Shown: positions 13,429 to 28,227, numbered from the stretch's first letter. The stretch is DNA of 64,000 nucleotides from Octopus vulgaris (GCA_951406725.2 OX597826.1:4960001-5024000); one strand, 5' to 3'. Numbers and translations are program-made. Notes: generated by a model not told the origin, from the sequence alone.

Positions 13429-13737
13429 AAATCCTGAAATATAGTTATGAACTTTTGAATAAAGATCTTTCCAACTGAAGAGAAAAACGCTTTAGTAGGC
13501 CAAACCTATTGCAAGTTTTGAATTCCTGGAATATGTTTATCTGTTTTAAGTGTAGAAACATTCTTTTGAAGTGATAGTTTTGCTTAAGTTTGCTGAACAC
13601 CTTTAAGGAAAAGAATTCTTCAAGTATGTTTATCAGTTTTGAGAGAGAAAATATTCTGTCGAAGAGACAATTCCTTCGAACTGGTGAACGCCTTAGAGGA
13701 AATAAATTCCTGGAATATAGTTGTTATTAGTTTTGTG
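13429..13737. repeat. Decayed ~92-bp tandem repeat (~3.3 units)
   Basis: aattcctggaatat-like anchors recur at 13429, 13521, 13614 and 13705 with similar downstream sequence. Confidence 0.55.
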
Positions 13738-14243
13738 TTAGTAGATGTGGAGTAGTGGAGAAAAGAGAGAAACGACGGAGATAAAGGAGAGGAGGCAAAT
13801 ATGAGAGAGAGAGAGAGAAGGAAGGAGGAAGGTGTATGCGATAGAAGAGAGAACAGAGAAGAGAGTGTGGGGTAGGATTTCTTTCGATCTCACTACAGTT
13901 TTAGAATACAATTAACGAAGAGTAATGAGTAATAGGGAGAGGGTATGCTGAGGGAGAGGCACACAAAAAAGTCTCCTTTACTCTTTTGCGTATTTCAGCC
14001 TAAAGGCTGTGGCCATGCTGGGGCACCTGACGAAAATTGATGAATATATAATGATTGGAAGAAAGACAGGTTGGGAAGATAAGGAAAAAAGAAGAGATAT
14101 ATGGTTATTTAGAGAGAAGATACAGAGATATAAAGAGTAAAGAGCTATTTTAGACAAACACAATGAATACGAAAAATAAAATAAGAGAAAATATATAAAA
14201 TGAAAAACATTCTGTATACTATCATACGTTCATCGAAGCAGAC

Positions 14244-14303
<60 letters not shown>

Positions 14304-15130
14304 TACACGCACTCAAATTCACATGTTGTGAATATATATATTTACATATATATAGAAAGCATGTGACTAATATATGACTAATATATGTGTGTGTCTTTCT
14401 CGTTACACACACACACACACGTATATATATATATATATGGAGAGAAAGAGTGAAGGAGGGAGAGAGAGAGTTCGAAAAACTGACAGACAGACAGATAGAT
14501 AGATGGTTGCATGCATAATGATTTGCAGACGTATATTTTAATGAAATGTACCTTTATGTAAATAGTTAAACTGCTTTATTTAGTAAGAACAACATAGCAC
14601 ACACACACACTCACACACACATTATATGCATACACAATATCACGTATACAGACAATAAAATAACGACAGACGAAGAGAAAAAGGGAGAGAGAGTGTCAAG
14701 TAGATTAAAACGATGCAGAGAGGCAAATCTGACCGTCTCCATTCTAAAAGAACCAGAAGAAAATTAATAAAAGCATAGAATATCGATTCACCATTTTTAT
14801 TTTAAATTGTAGATAATCCAGGTTAATATTTGTGGGGTTTTGTGTTTGAAAATGGGTTCAGTGCATACCAGTATTATACTGGTGTGCATTTTATAAACAT
14901 TTAAATTATAGGATTTCAACTGAGAGCAAGGAAGATGAAAATATTGTATGGAAAGTATAAAAATATGTTTAAACATCCGCCATATCTTTTCGTCCATTAC
15001 AACAGAAAACGTCACTGCTAGTCACACGTGATTACACGAATGTGTTTAAACAAAAGTATAAGATCTAAACGGACTGAAAAAGAATTCCTCGTAACCACAA
15101 CTCATCCACAAATTTGAACACGAAGGAACA

Positions 15131-15178
<48 letters not shown>

Positions 15179-15566
15179 ATACATATATCTTATGTAGAGC
15201 ATTTAAAGACATAGCCTCATATTTTTTCTTTTCTCTTACCGTTATAGAACGTTGCAAATATGAAACACATTTCTCTATTTATCTCAGTGTTTTCTCTTTT
15301 TCCACCCTCTCTCTCTCTTTCTCTGTCTCTGCTCCTCTTTCTATCTATCTATCCATCTATGTATTTATCTACTTACACACACATACACAGACAAATACAC
15401 ACATATATATACATGCATAAATACATACATACATACATACAAATATATATATGCAAACACGCGTACATAAATGTGTGTTCGCTAGTTGCACCTATGCATT
15501 TGCATGTATATGCATTTTTGTGTGATAATGACAAGAGTTAACTCAAAACAGGGAATCAAAAAACAA

Positions 15567-15617
<51 letters not shown>

Positions 15618-15667
15618 CAAGCGATTTCATAATACATAATTCGCCAGCAAAAGCAAGCGAACGAGAG

Positions 15668-15702
<35 letters not shown>

Positions 15703-16084
15703 AGAGATAGTATTTGCTTGTTCTCTATGTATGTTTGTGTGCATATGTATCTGTGTACGTTAAAAAAAGAGAAATGTGAGAGAGAAAGAGTGCGAGATGA
15801 GACAAATGTAATTTGTGTAAACTGTTCTTAAAACGAGATTTGTTCCGGGCATTCGTAAAAAAAAAAAAACAGAAAATGGCTGACTTTATCTTTTCTATAT
15901 GAAATCCATTTTGTTTGGTGTGAACTACTCTTCTAAGATGAATATTTAATGAGATTTGCTGAGCTTCTGATTAGATCTAGGTAATTATATACTCGCTCGT
16001 TCACTCACTCACTAATGCACACTCATACCTACACAGAATCGACATACATTCGTAAACACTCACACATGCATTGACTTGCTCATG

Positions 16085-16118
16085 CATATATATATATATA
16101 TATATGTATATATGCATG

Positions 16119-16149
<31 letters not shown>

Positions 16150-16154
16150 GCGTG

Positions 16155-16193
<39 letters not shown>

Positions 16194-16195
16194 GC

Positions 16196-16251
<56 letters not shown>

Positions 16252-16308
16252 GCATGTATATATATGCATGTATATATGCATGTATATATATATATATGCA
16301 TGTATATA

Positions 16309-16380
<72 letters not shown>

Positions 16381-16442
16381 TATATATATATATGTATATA
16401 TATATATATGCATGTATATATATATATATGTATATATGCATG

Positions 16443-16505
<63 letters not shown>

Positions 16506-16601
16506 ATGTATGTATGTATGAATATATATATATACACACATATATATATATACATATATATGTGTGTGTGTGTATGTATGTATGTATGAATATATATATA
16601 T

Positions 16602-16664
<63 letters not shown>

Positions 16665-16665
16665 T
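16085..16665. repeat. Large compound (TA)n/TGCA/TG microsatellite
   Basis: About 580 bp of TA runs punctuated by tgcatg and tgtg. Source of the spurious 200+ aa YIYI ORFs. Confidence 0.95.
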
Positions 16666-17398
16666 GTCGAAATGCATATAGACATACACACGCATAAGCA
16701 GAACAAAACGCTCCTGTATATCTATTACATACATTATGCATTCCAGAAAGAGGAGAATTCAGCAAAATAGTATTGTGTGTGTATATATATATATGTATGT
16801 ATGTATATAAGTATTTAACTACTTCATATGTACGCTCCTATTCTTCTCCACATTACGGAATGCATCAGTGACTCGTAAAAAAGCTTGTGTACAATAAATA
16901 TAGATATATCGCAGTGCGATTTTTGCTTCCATTCGTCGTGTTCTTACGGCCAACCATACACGCCAGAACGAAATATCTCTCTAACAATTGTGCCAATTCG
17001 CCAATTCGGTGATATTGTCATTCTTGAACTGGGAAATCTTTGAGACTCGTGTAGAATTCACGCTGCACAACTTTCGTTTTTGTTTATATTATAGATTTTA
17101 TGATATTGCTACCCTCCTTTTTTTCTTTCTTATTTGTCCTTGTTCTTTTGTCGTGTTATGGGTACATCCTGCAGATACAGTTTAATAATTTCAGGTGAAG
17201 TTCATACGACAGCACTAAGGACATCGGTCAAAAAACTAAGTTCGGTTTACAGATATATTTCTCTAAACCTGCCATTTCTCCTGCTTACCAAAGTGTATAC
17301 ATTACAGTCCATGATACGATAGTTTATCGATCACAATGGTTAATTCTTTTTGCAAATGGTTCCATGGTTCACATTTATATTATATCTTATTTTATATA

Positions 17399-17788
17399 GG
17401 TGCAGGAGTGGCTGTGTAGTAAGTAGCTTGCTTACCAGCCACATAGTTACGACTTCAATCCCACTGTGTGGAACCTTGGCCCAGTGTCTTCTACTATAGC
17501 CTCGGGTCGACCAAAGCTTTGTGAGTGGATTTGGTAGACGGAAACTGAAAGAAGCTCGTTGTATATATCTATATATGTATCTATATGTGTGCATATGTTT
17601 GTGTGTCTGTGTTTGTCCCCCCAACATCGCTTGACAACAGATGGTGGTGTGTTTACGTCCCCGTAACTTAGCGATAGCATAAGTACTAGGCTTCCATAGA
17701 ATAATTCCTGGGGGCGATTTACACGACTAAATGCGGTACTCCAGCATGGTTGCAGTCAAATTACTGAAAAAGTAAAACTATATAAAAA
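17399..17788 (+). mobile_element. A-family SINE
   Basis: ggtgcaggagtggctgtgtagtaag...ccagcatggttgcagtcaaattactgaaaaagtaaaa. Confidence 0.9.
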
Positions 17789-19265
17789 TATCGCCATGTA
17801 GCCTACTTTCCTAACACTGACAATGCGAATTTAAACAAAAGTTAAACAAATCTTGGTAGTGAGTATATGTTTATTTTATGCCCTCACATATTCATTTGTC
17901 TAAAAATTTGCTAAATAAGAAACAATTTTTTTAAAAAACGTTCCAAGACTACAGAGTCGGCTTTAGTACAACAGTTCAGTTTTTGCAGGCTACGTATTTA
18001 GTATTCTCGGTGTTGAAAAATTCTCTTTTTCCCATTGCAGCGAATGCCTATAGAATCTGACGGAGCGAATGCCTGTAGATCCTGACGGAAAAGTGATATA
18101 TCTAAAAATGGCTTCGAAGCGAGGAAACTTTTAAATACTCTAAAATTAGCAAAAAAAACAACAACATATGTTAAGGGGAGCGAACTCAGTCGATCGAACA
18201 GATTACACTATTTCAGGAATTTATTTTATAGATCCTGAATAAACTGTGTAAATCAGAGGGGTTTTTGAAAGTAAATGTCCGTTGTATAGACTGAAATATA
18301 TTGTCTATAGCTAATCTACGGCCTATGAACCTCCAGCAACTTTACGACTGGACAAATATGAAAGAATAGGCATCCGTTGTTGTTCTTGTTCTTGCTTTTA
18401 CATTTCTGTTGCTGCTGTTGTTTAGATCTAAGTTAAACATGTTCGAGGAAATTTAAATTCAAACTACATTCCATGCGTGACCGTTATGTTAGGTCACTTA
18501 TTCAGATATAGTGCATCTGAGAGTACAACAGCCAATGTTTCAAGCCATTTTAAAGTTGATATAAGTGTAGCATGAAGGAGATTCGACCGCCAATTCTTTC
18601 AGAAGATGCTATCAAGCAGCAGGTCTCTTAGCTCTTACCGTATCTCAGTTTCTATCTGAGGGTAGGCATTCGACATTTTCAAGGCGGGAAACGTTAACTC
18701 AACTGATAACAGAGTATGCTACGTATAAACGAACTAGGGAGAAAAAGAAACTGGGAAACAACAACAACAAAATCCAACAACATTGACAATAACAAATGCA
18801 ACGACATTCAGACACGAACGGAGAAACTCATGAGAAAAGATCATGTTATTTTTATTTATTTTGACACACCATATATAATATGCTTTCTCTTAATAATGCG
18901 TGACATAGATGGATGTATATTTTGGAAGTACATGTGTAAAATATATATGTTGGCATAAACGCCAACATGTGTGTGTGTGTGTGTATGTGTATTTGTGTAT
19001 ACGTGTGTTTGTGATCTTCTTTATTTTTGCCATTTATGCAATGAGTGTTGTTTCTCTGTTAGTGTGCTTCTGTGCTAGGATCTGTAAATGCGTGCCTATG
19101 ACTTCCCTTGACTCAAAAACACAGAATATACTAAATGTATGCAATTGATGAAAGTAGCTGTTGCGAGAGATGGAAATGTGTTTTGGGGAGGATAGAAGTA
19201 CAGATGTACGATAAATGTGAGGGTGCGGAAGGTTATTTATCACGATGCAACCTTATTTGTTGAAC

Positions 19266-19662
19266 GGCTGTGTGGTAAGTAGCTTGCTTACCAAACACAT
19301 GGTTCCGGGTTCAGTCCCACTGCGTGGCACCTTGGTCAAGTGTCTTCTACTATAGCCTCAGGCAAAACAAAGCCTTGTGAATGGATTTGGGAGACGGAAA
19401 CTGAAAGACGTCCGTCGTATATATGTATATATATGTGTGTGTGTGTATACGTTTGTGTGTCTGTGTTTGTCCCCCCAACATCGCTTGACAACCGATGCTG
19501 GTGTGTTTACATCCCGTAACTTAGCGGTTCGGCAAAAGAGATTGAAAGAATATGTACTAGGCTTACAAAGAATAAGTCCTGGGGTCGATTTGCTCGCCTA
19601 AAGGTGGCGCTCCGGCATGGCCACAGTCAGCTGACTGAAACACGTATAAGAGTAAAAGAGTA
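19266..19662 (+). mobile_element. A-family SINE (slightly 5'-truncated)
   Basis: ggctgtgtggtaag..ggttcagtccc..tail agagtaaaagagta. Confidence 0.92.
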
Positions 19663-20621
19663 AGGGTTTTGAAACAGTACACCTCAAGTCTCATTTTAGC
19701 TCTATGACCTCCGGGTTTGCTCCATCTAGTGTGACCTTATTTTGGAAATTACCATGTATGCTATGAAGGTCATTTAGCTGGTATTTCTAGCAGGTCGAGC
19801 TCCTTCATTGAATATTAAAAACAGCATGCATTTTCAATCCAAGCTGCAAGTCGATACTGCGAGTTTCCTGTTATCTATTTATTAATAGAGATTTCTGTTT
19901 CTATATCAGTAATAGATGTTGTTTCGGTGGGGGGTGGATAAGGAGAAGGAAGAGGAAAATGGTGATGATGATGTTGTTGATGTTGGTAGTGTTTAATCAC
20001 AGGTCAACGATCTAGGAGTCTTATGTCCAAAAGTATTCTAGCCGTCTTCACCACATCCGTTTCCTATGTGCAATGAAAAGCCTAACACATCTTCTATTTC
20101 TCATAACAACAGGCTGAGGTTTGAGGATGATTTCACTTCTATTTCTAACAGGTCACGCTACCACGCAGAGGCTTCATAGTTGGCTCACGTTAATTATATC
20201 TATGCTATTTATTAAATTATTTATATATTTATTTTACTGCAGTAACGGCAGGTACATTGATATTATTATTCACAGCGTTTCATAGTAGTAGTCTAGAAGC
20301 AGCAGCAGTAGTAGCGGTAGCAGCAGTAGGGATAACATCATCAGCAGCAGCAGATGTAGCAGTATGAATGAGAAAGGTTGGGTGATGTGTCTGATATAGA
20401 AAAAAAGAAAAGGAAGGAAGAAGGAAAAATGAGAAGATAGGACCGTAACAGTTGAAATAAGTTTTGCTCGTAAGATTGCTCTGTCAGAGCCGACCTGGGG
20501 TTAAACACAACTAACGATAATACCAGTAAATAACAGCGGAGAAACAAATAACATTACAAACCCTAGATATTGGATTATGCAGTTGCAGCGGCCGCATGTG
20601 CAGCAGTTGTTAACACATATA

Positions 20622-20729
20622 GCAGCAGTAGCAGCCGCAGCAGTAGCAGCCGCAGCAGTAGCAGCCGCAGCAGTAGCAGCCGCAGCAGTAGCAGCCGCAG
20701 CAGTAGCAGCCGCAGCAGTAGTAGTAGTA
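20622..20729. repeat. 15-bp minisatellite (GCAGCAGTAGCAGCC)x6
   Basis: Six perfect units that decay into (GTA)n. Confidence 0.95.
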
Positions 20730-21100
20730 TGTATATTTTGAAAAGATGGAGATGTGTGTGTATATATATATATGCATGTATTTATATATACGTGCATATG
20801 TGCGTGCGTGTATATGTAAATATTGATATATATACATATATATGTGTGTGTGTGTGCGTGTGTATACGTAAATACATACATACTTACGCATACATATACA
20901 CACCCGACGACAGACACGCTTATGAAAACAGTTGAGATAATTTTGAAATTGTAATAAGGTAAATCCCTTGCTTACGTATTTATATTTATACCTGGAGGAT
21001 AACCGAGTTTCCACTGAAATATTCTTCCAAATCTCCTCAGTCTCCCTCTCTCCCTCACTATGTCTTTCATGTGTGTAGTATGTGTGTATACATGTTATGT

Positions 21101-21142
<42 letters not shown>

Positions 21143-21250
21143 GTATGTATATATATATGTATGTACATATATATATATATATATGTTTGTGTGTGTGTGT
21201 GTCTGTGTATAGATACATATCTGTATGAATGTATGAATTATAATTTCTAT

Positions 21251-21639
21251 CTCTTACTTGTTTCAGTCATTTGACCGCAGCCATGCTGGTACACTGCCTT
21301 AAAAAGTTTTAGTCGAATCAATCTCAGCACGTTCTTTTAAACCCAATTCTTATTCTATTCCTTTGCCGAGACGTATCCACAACAGCAGTGGTTGTCAGGT
21401 GGCCGGTGGGGGGTGTACAAAAGCAGACACAAAGACACACACATATGCGTATATATATGAGCATATACACGATACTTTTCTTTCAGTTTCCGTCTACAAA
21501 ATCCACTTATGGGGCTTATGTCAATCCGGGGCTATAGTAGAAGACATTTACCCAAAATACTACGCAGTGGAACACTGGGACTGAAACCAGAATCATATGG
21601 TTGAGAAGCAGCCGTTCTATCACACAGCCACGCCTGCAC
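21251..21639 (-). mobile_element. A-family SINE, diverged
   Basis: Reverse-complement match to A copies (ttgtttcagtcatttgaccgcagccatgctgg ... cacacagccacgcctgcac). Confidence 0.85.
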
Positions 21640-21646
21640 TTACAAT

Positions 21647-21962
21647 TATTTTTATTTATGTGACCTTTTCAAGCCTAGCCGGGCTCACGGGCCCGGATTC
21701 CCGGTTTCTGTGGCGTATGTGTTCCCCCCAGCCGGACGGGACGCCAGTCCATCGCAGCGTTACTCAAGAAACAGGAAGAGAGAGTGAGAGAAAGTTGGGG
21801 CGAAAGAGTACAACATGGGTCGCCACCATGCCTAGCTGTAGCCTCGTGGAGCTTTAGGTGTTTTCGCTCAATAAACACACATAACGCCCGGTCTGGGAAT
21901 CGAAACCACGATCCTCCGACCACGAGTCCGCTGCCCTAACCACTGGGCCATTGCGTCTCCAC
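21647..21962 (-). mobile_element. C-family SINE inserted at the 5' end of an A SINE
   Basis: Perfect 11-bp TSD gcacttacaat at 21636-21646 and 21963-21973. Confidence 0.92.
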
Positions 21963-23565
21963 GCACTTACAATACATATACCCAATACTTTAACTTCTAG
22001 CCGTTGATCCTGTGTAACATATATTTCATATTAAAATAATGTTGAGTCAGACCTTTCATTTCTTTCACACACTACGACCGCAGTCTAAATACAATTGTAT
22101 CGTTAGCCTTATTGTTGTTTTCATTTAGCCCAATCCAACCCAGTCAGTGAAGATCTATGAAGATCGAATTCTCTTTTGGGTTGTAGTGTATTTAGATACC
22201 AACATCAAAAGCATCCTCATGTTTTACCTTTTGAGAAAGTAGAATATGATTTGAGGGTGACAGTGTGCTTGCATTGGCCTCCCCCACTGGCTTGAATATA
22301 AAGGTTGTATATCGTACAGTAATACATCTTTTCTTCGTCTTGTTTATGCTCAGCTCAGCTCAGCTCTGATCGTACGATCAAAGTCATTTTAGCTCTCACA
22401 ATCTCATCATTATTTCCTATGTTCTAACAATCCATGTTGCGAACTCTCTGATCAAGTCTCCGATTTGAGAATAAAAATCTCTTTCTCTTAGCAATCTCTG
22501 AGTCTTTGAAAAGCATTATGGGTGTTGGCCATCTTCTTCCACCACACTGTTGTTATTGTTAGTAGAAGTGGTGGACATCCGTCGTTTCACCCACAAGTTT
22601 GGGTTGATCTGAGCCTATACAAAAATACATTTGCTTCAAGAAGACACACAGCCATATCAAACTGAAAGCTTCTTGGTTGCAAAGCAAAGTTTGTAACCAT
22701 TTGGCCACACTCACTATATCAGAAGCAAAACAAAAAAAATAATAACAAAATAATAAGGAAAAAAATCTCTGTTGTGTTGTTCTTATATCTACTGACAGCT
22801 GCTGTACTTTGCTTAAATACTATTTTAAATGTGTAAAGTGATGTTCATCCATCAATCCGTCACAAAACACATTAGCGATGTTGAATATAACAAGATAAGC
22901 GAGCAAAATTGATGTGGCAATTTCTTCAAACAAGACTAGAGATGTGGTTATGGTTCGACCCAGAGCTCTTACTGACCAAACAATTTTCATTTTGAAAAGT
23001 ACACCCTTTTTTCTTCCGTTTTATATTTGTTGCTCTCCTCCTCTCCCTCTCTCGTTCACCCTGTCATTCTCCTATCCTCTCACTATCCCTCCTTTTCCTA
23101 TCGTTGTCCTATTCCCCTCCCTGTCCTTTTTTCTTTCTTCCCTTTGCCACCAATCTACTCCTCTTTCATTCTTCATTCTTCTCAATTTCTTTTTAATTCT
23201 CTCACTTCTTCTCTCCCTCTTTCCCTCATTCATCACAGTCACCCACCCCCTCTTTCATCCTCACCATCCCCACTTCCGCTTCTCTCCCACTCCCTCTCAC
23301 CCTGCGTTTCCTTTCTATCATATTCTTACACTCTTTCTCATTCACTCTTCCCTCTCCTTGTTTCGCATAAATATTGATGAAAGCAGAAACTGAAGTAAAT
23401 ATTGAAGTAGAATAAGGGACAGAGGTAGGGCGAGGGAAGAGGGAAATACAAAGAGTGGGGGGAAACAAGATAGATATAATTTAGCTTCTCTAACTCCCAG
23501 TCTATCAGTTCCCCCTCTTTCTCTCTCCTTTCTATCTTTCTTTTCTCAGCATATATATATATATG

Positions 23566-23765
23566 TGTTGTAAGTAGCTTGCTTACCAACCACATTGATA
23601 ACCGATGCTGGTGTGTTTACATCCACGTAAATTAGCGGTTCGGCAAAAGAGACCGAAATAATAAGTACTAGGCCTACAAAGAATAAGTCCTGGGGTCGAT
23701 TTGCTCGACTAAAGGTGGTGCTCCATCATGACCACAGTCAAATTACTGAAACAAGTAAAAGAGTA
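23566..23765 (+). mobile_element. A-family SINE with internal deletion
   Basis: The head gtaagtagcttgcttaccaaccacat is fused directly to tgataaccgatgctgg. The B box and internal microsatellite are missing. Confidence 0.85.
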
Positions 23766-24322
23766 TATATATAAAGAGTATATATATAGGTATGTTGATA
23801 GGAACATAGATATTGAAACAAATATATTGGGAGACGAAAGAAAAAAGAAGTACAGAGTGAAAGAAGGAGGGAGGGAGAGAGCGAGAGCAGATGTAGCTAA
23901 ACGGGGAACGACCAGAGAAGATGAGAATGCAAAGTAATTCTATATTCTCTAATTCAAAATCAAAACCAAATTACTGTTTCTTTGACTCTCCTGTTGTGGT
24001 TTTCCCCTGATTTCTAGTTCATATGGTTATTAATATCAGGAAGAATGCTGCTGAAGGTTGAGCTGTAACTGTCTGTCAATGATAACAGAACAGCTTTCGC
24101 TTTAAATACGATGCTGTTTGCACCTGCTTCAATAAATGATGAACATTAAAAAAAAATTATAATCAGATATATTAAATATCTGCACACATCTTGAATTTTG
24201 ATAAGCAGTGGCGGTGCGGCCAGCAATGATATCTTATATACACATGATTACTTGTATATCTTTATATGCACAAAACGAGCATACACATACTTATAGATAG
24301 AGAGATAAATAAATTCCCACAC

Positions 24323-24358
<36 letters not shown>

Positions 24359-24422
24359 GGACACACATGCATATGTAAAAAAGGTATGTTGTATGCATAC
24401 ACACGTTATTTTATTCTTTCCT

Positions 24423-24643
24423 TCTTTTACTGGCTTCGCTCACTAGACTGCAGCCATGCTGGGGCACCGCCTGGAAGAAATTTTTTAGTCGAATGAATCG
24501 ATCCCAGTACTTCCTTTTGCCAAGTTTGCTATCTGTCTGTTGTCCCTTTGCCGGACCGCTAAGTTACGGGGACATAAACACACCAACACCAAGCGTTGGT
24601 GGAGGACAAACACAAACTCAAAAACACACACATCAACATATCT

Positions 24644-24719
<76 letters not shown>

Positions 24720-24763
24720 ACATCTATATATCTATACATCTATCTATCTATCTATCCATCGAA

Positions 24764-24835
<72 letters not shown>

Positions 24836-24890
24836 ATATATATATATATATATATACATATACATACATACACACACACGACGGGCTTCT
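24423..24890 (-). mobile_element. A-family SINE 3' half with an expanded internal (ATCT)n microsatellite
   Basis: A tail and body at 24423-24630, ~190 bp (ATCT)n at ~24647-24835, then A sequence resumes at acgacgggcttct. Confidence 0.8.
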
Positions 24891-26291
24891 AGTTACATGT
24901 TTGTGTACACATGCGTGCGTATGATGTAATCACAGCACATAATTTATACAAACTGGTTGACTTGCTATTATATGTCACTGAAAGATAGGTATAGGAAAGT
25001 GGAGGGGAGAGATAAGAAGATGGGACACGATAATTGATGAGACAGGGGCAAAATAAAGTAGATTTGTATGTATTTTACTGTCAGAATATTTAAAATATAT
25101 TTTAGATTGTAGACGAGATAACACGACGCTTGAAATTCAGGCAGATGGTCACGGATAGATTGCATTTGGTAGTATCATGTTATCAATTAGGATTCACCTG
25201 GCATAAGAGCTGAACTGGGCACCAGCAACAAGCCCAAGTACGACTATAGAATTGAAGGAAGAAGGGCTCTTATATTTAGTAGATTTTCGAAGATGCCTGT
25301 AGAGTTTTTCATTGCCCTCAAGTCAGTCGTAAACACACTGCAGCTTCTCTCGGACATGCATACTCTTCCTTTGCTTATTCTGCCGCGAACTACAGCGGCT
25401 TATACTTTTCATATTTTAATTTTATCATTCTGGGCTTCTCTCGACACCGGCAATTTTTTCATCCACTCAAGACACTGCACTTAACACTGAGTCAATAATT
25501 TCTCCCCCAGTTTGTCAACCCTCCAGGAATTCCTCCTCGGCACAATTTTTTTTTTCCTAATTTCATCGACAAGTTCTAGTTGAAGCGGAACATTAACGTC
25601 ATTGATCATACCAGTCACTGAAAATCTGCGATAACAATACGTACAGTCCGCTTCTCTATACAAAAAAAAATAACATAATAAAATAACCGAGCCAAGATCA
25701 ATCTAAAAGATCTAATATACAAAAAATAAAAAAGCACAAGTGCACTATACTAATCTACTTACCTACATACCAGCCAACCAATCAACCAATGAACATGCTA
25801 ACTTAGCTATAAATACAGGGAATCTCATCTAACATGTGACCAAGTCGTTTAACTTTCACTCTGAGAATAATTGCTAATAAATAAAATGCATTATTGATAG
25901 AACGCAGAAAGATGTAAATATTTAATCAATGCGCAACAGCTGCATTCTCGTGCATTTCTATGCATTTCTATGCATTTCTGTGTATTCTTTTCACTCATTA
26001 TATATATAAGCATGCTTGTGCTTGCATGCGTCAAGATGCAGCGATTCACGCAATAATGAATGCATTATTCTTCTTCGCTCGATTGCCGTCTTCTTAAATA
26101 TTTCTAAATCAGCAGCGAAGGTTAATTGATAGGATTTCGGAAATGCATTTATGTCACAACATTACACACGGAGTAAAGCTGAAATTTCAATATCTAGATT
26201 CTTTTATCGACAATTTTATCTCTTTATTTTTAGCGATATTTTTTTATTTATAGTCTCACGTGTCTCCTTATAGTCTCTCTTTGATTTTCAC

Positions 26292-26324
<33 letters not shown>

Positions 26325-26462
26325 TATCAATCAAACAATATGTGTGTGTGCATGTGTGTGTGTGTGTGTGTGCGTGTGAACACAGGCATACTCTCATGAA
26401 TATGTCTATACATATCTATGATTGTACGGGAAAAGTTCACGTGCCTCCTCCGAATATATGTA

Positions 26463-26508
<46 letters not shown>

Positions 26509-26627
26509 TATATATATATATATACATACAAACATACATATATATATACACACATACATATATATATATATATGTATACATACATACAAACATACATATA
26601 TATATATATACATACATACATACATGC

Positions 26628-26670
<43 letters not shown>

Positions 26671-27114
26671 CGAATATATTAGACACGCGCACACAGACAC
26701 TTGTACTTGTGTATGTATGTACGATCATAATGTGTGTATGTACAGATCTTCATATGTATACGAAACATCTTGAGGCAATCATATAGCGCTGGCGCTCCCT
26801 TAGATATATTCCAATAATTATAATATCCATCTACGAGCAGTCTTTACCATTTGGCTCGTTGCCATGTCTAGTTAGTCTCGTACGATTACCTGAAATCTCT
26901 GTATAGTCTATTCTTAAACTCTATTTTTAATAGCCTACTTTCATATACATAAATACTCATACACATGTACACGCACAGAAACACACACATATATACGTGT
27001 ATATATATATGTATTTATATGTATATATATATATATATACATATATATGAATATATATATAAACGTGTATATATGTATATATATATACGTGTATATATAT
27101 ATATATGTATATAC

Positions 27115-27160
<46 letters not shown>

Positions 27161-28050
27161 GTATATTTTCTTACATATACGTATTTATACACACACACAT
27201 ATATACGAATATATTCATGCATTTAGACTTATATACAAACTTATAAGCACACACATATATCTATATTAATACAGGCGTGTATGCATACATATATATGCCT
27301 ACATACATAATGCGTACATTCAGACACATACACACCTGTACATGCACATATATACACACGTTATTATATTCTTGAACTTTTATCACCAACAGTGAATGTT
27401 TTAAGATTTGTTTTATAACGTATTTTATTTGTATATTTATATTTATTCTTTTGTACTTATGTTGTCACAATGTCATTTCCTTTCCGAAAAAAAAACTACG
27501 ATCAAACACGTTGTTGTTTTGGTATTGGTGGCTTTATAGATCCAAGACGTATAGAGGAAGACTTAATCCAATTTGTCGTGGATGTAATAGGACGATAGGC
27601 CATGCAATCAAACACAATTCGCGTTACTCTTTCTGCTCGTTGGATCGTAAGGATTTAAAAAAATTAAGTCCGTTTTGTTCCCATTCTGTTTAATATGAAT
27701 AACAATATTTTAGTCTGTTGTATTGGCGGAATCGCTTGAGCGGCAGGAAAAATAATTTACAGCATATAAATTTCTCAATGCATATCTTCATTTTGAAACA
27801 GTGATTCTGAGCAGGTACATGAAATGTCTCTTGTCTCTCACTTGCATATTTAATGCCTGATTGAAACAAATGGAGCCATTTTTTCTGCTCCTCGCCTCAT
27901 CAAATAGCATCAATTAAAATAAGGAGACCAATGAATGGTCTTCGTTTAACATTTAATTTTCATAATTTCCAGATGAGATAAATACATACGCACACAAACA
28001 CACACTTATACATACATACAACATACATACATGCATCTGTGCATATATAT

Positions 28051-28101
<51 letters not shown>

Positions 28102-28227
28102 TATATAGTTAAATGTAATTTATATGTTTACATGTCTCCCGGGTTGAGGCTGTCACTTATTTATTGTTACATATGCCGGTATGTGTTCATGTTAGATTTC
28201 CTTTTTTCCTAAATGTATACTTCCGTT

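Noticed and set aside
16001-16770. Long ORFs up to 254 aa of [16 protein letters not shown] type here and throughout the track
   Set aside because: Translations of (TA)n, (TG)n and (ATCT)n microsatellites, which lack stop codons. No complexity or splice support.
25170-25663. Minus-strand segment vaguely like a LINE endonuclease C-terminal region
   Set aside because: Multiple stops and no diagnostic SDH or RT motif. Cannot be supported without a search.
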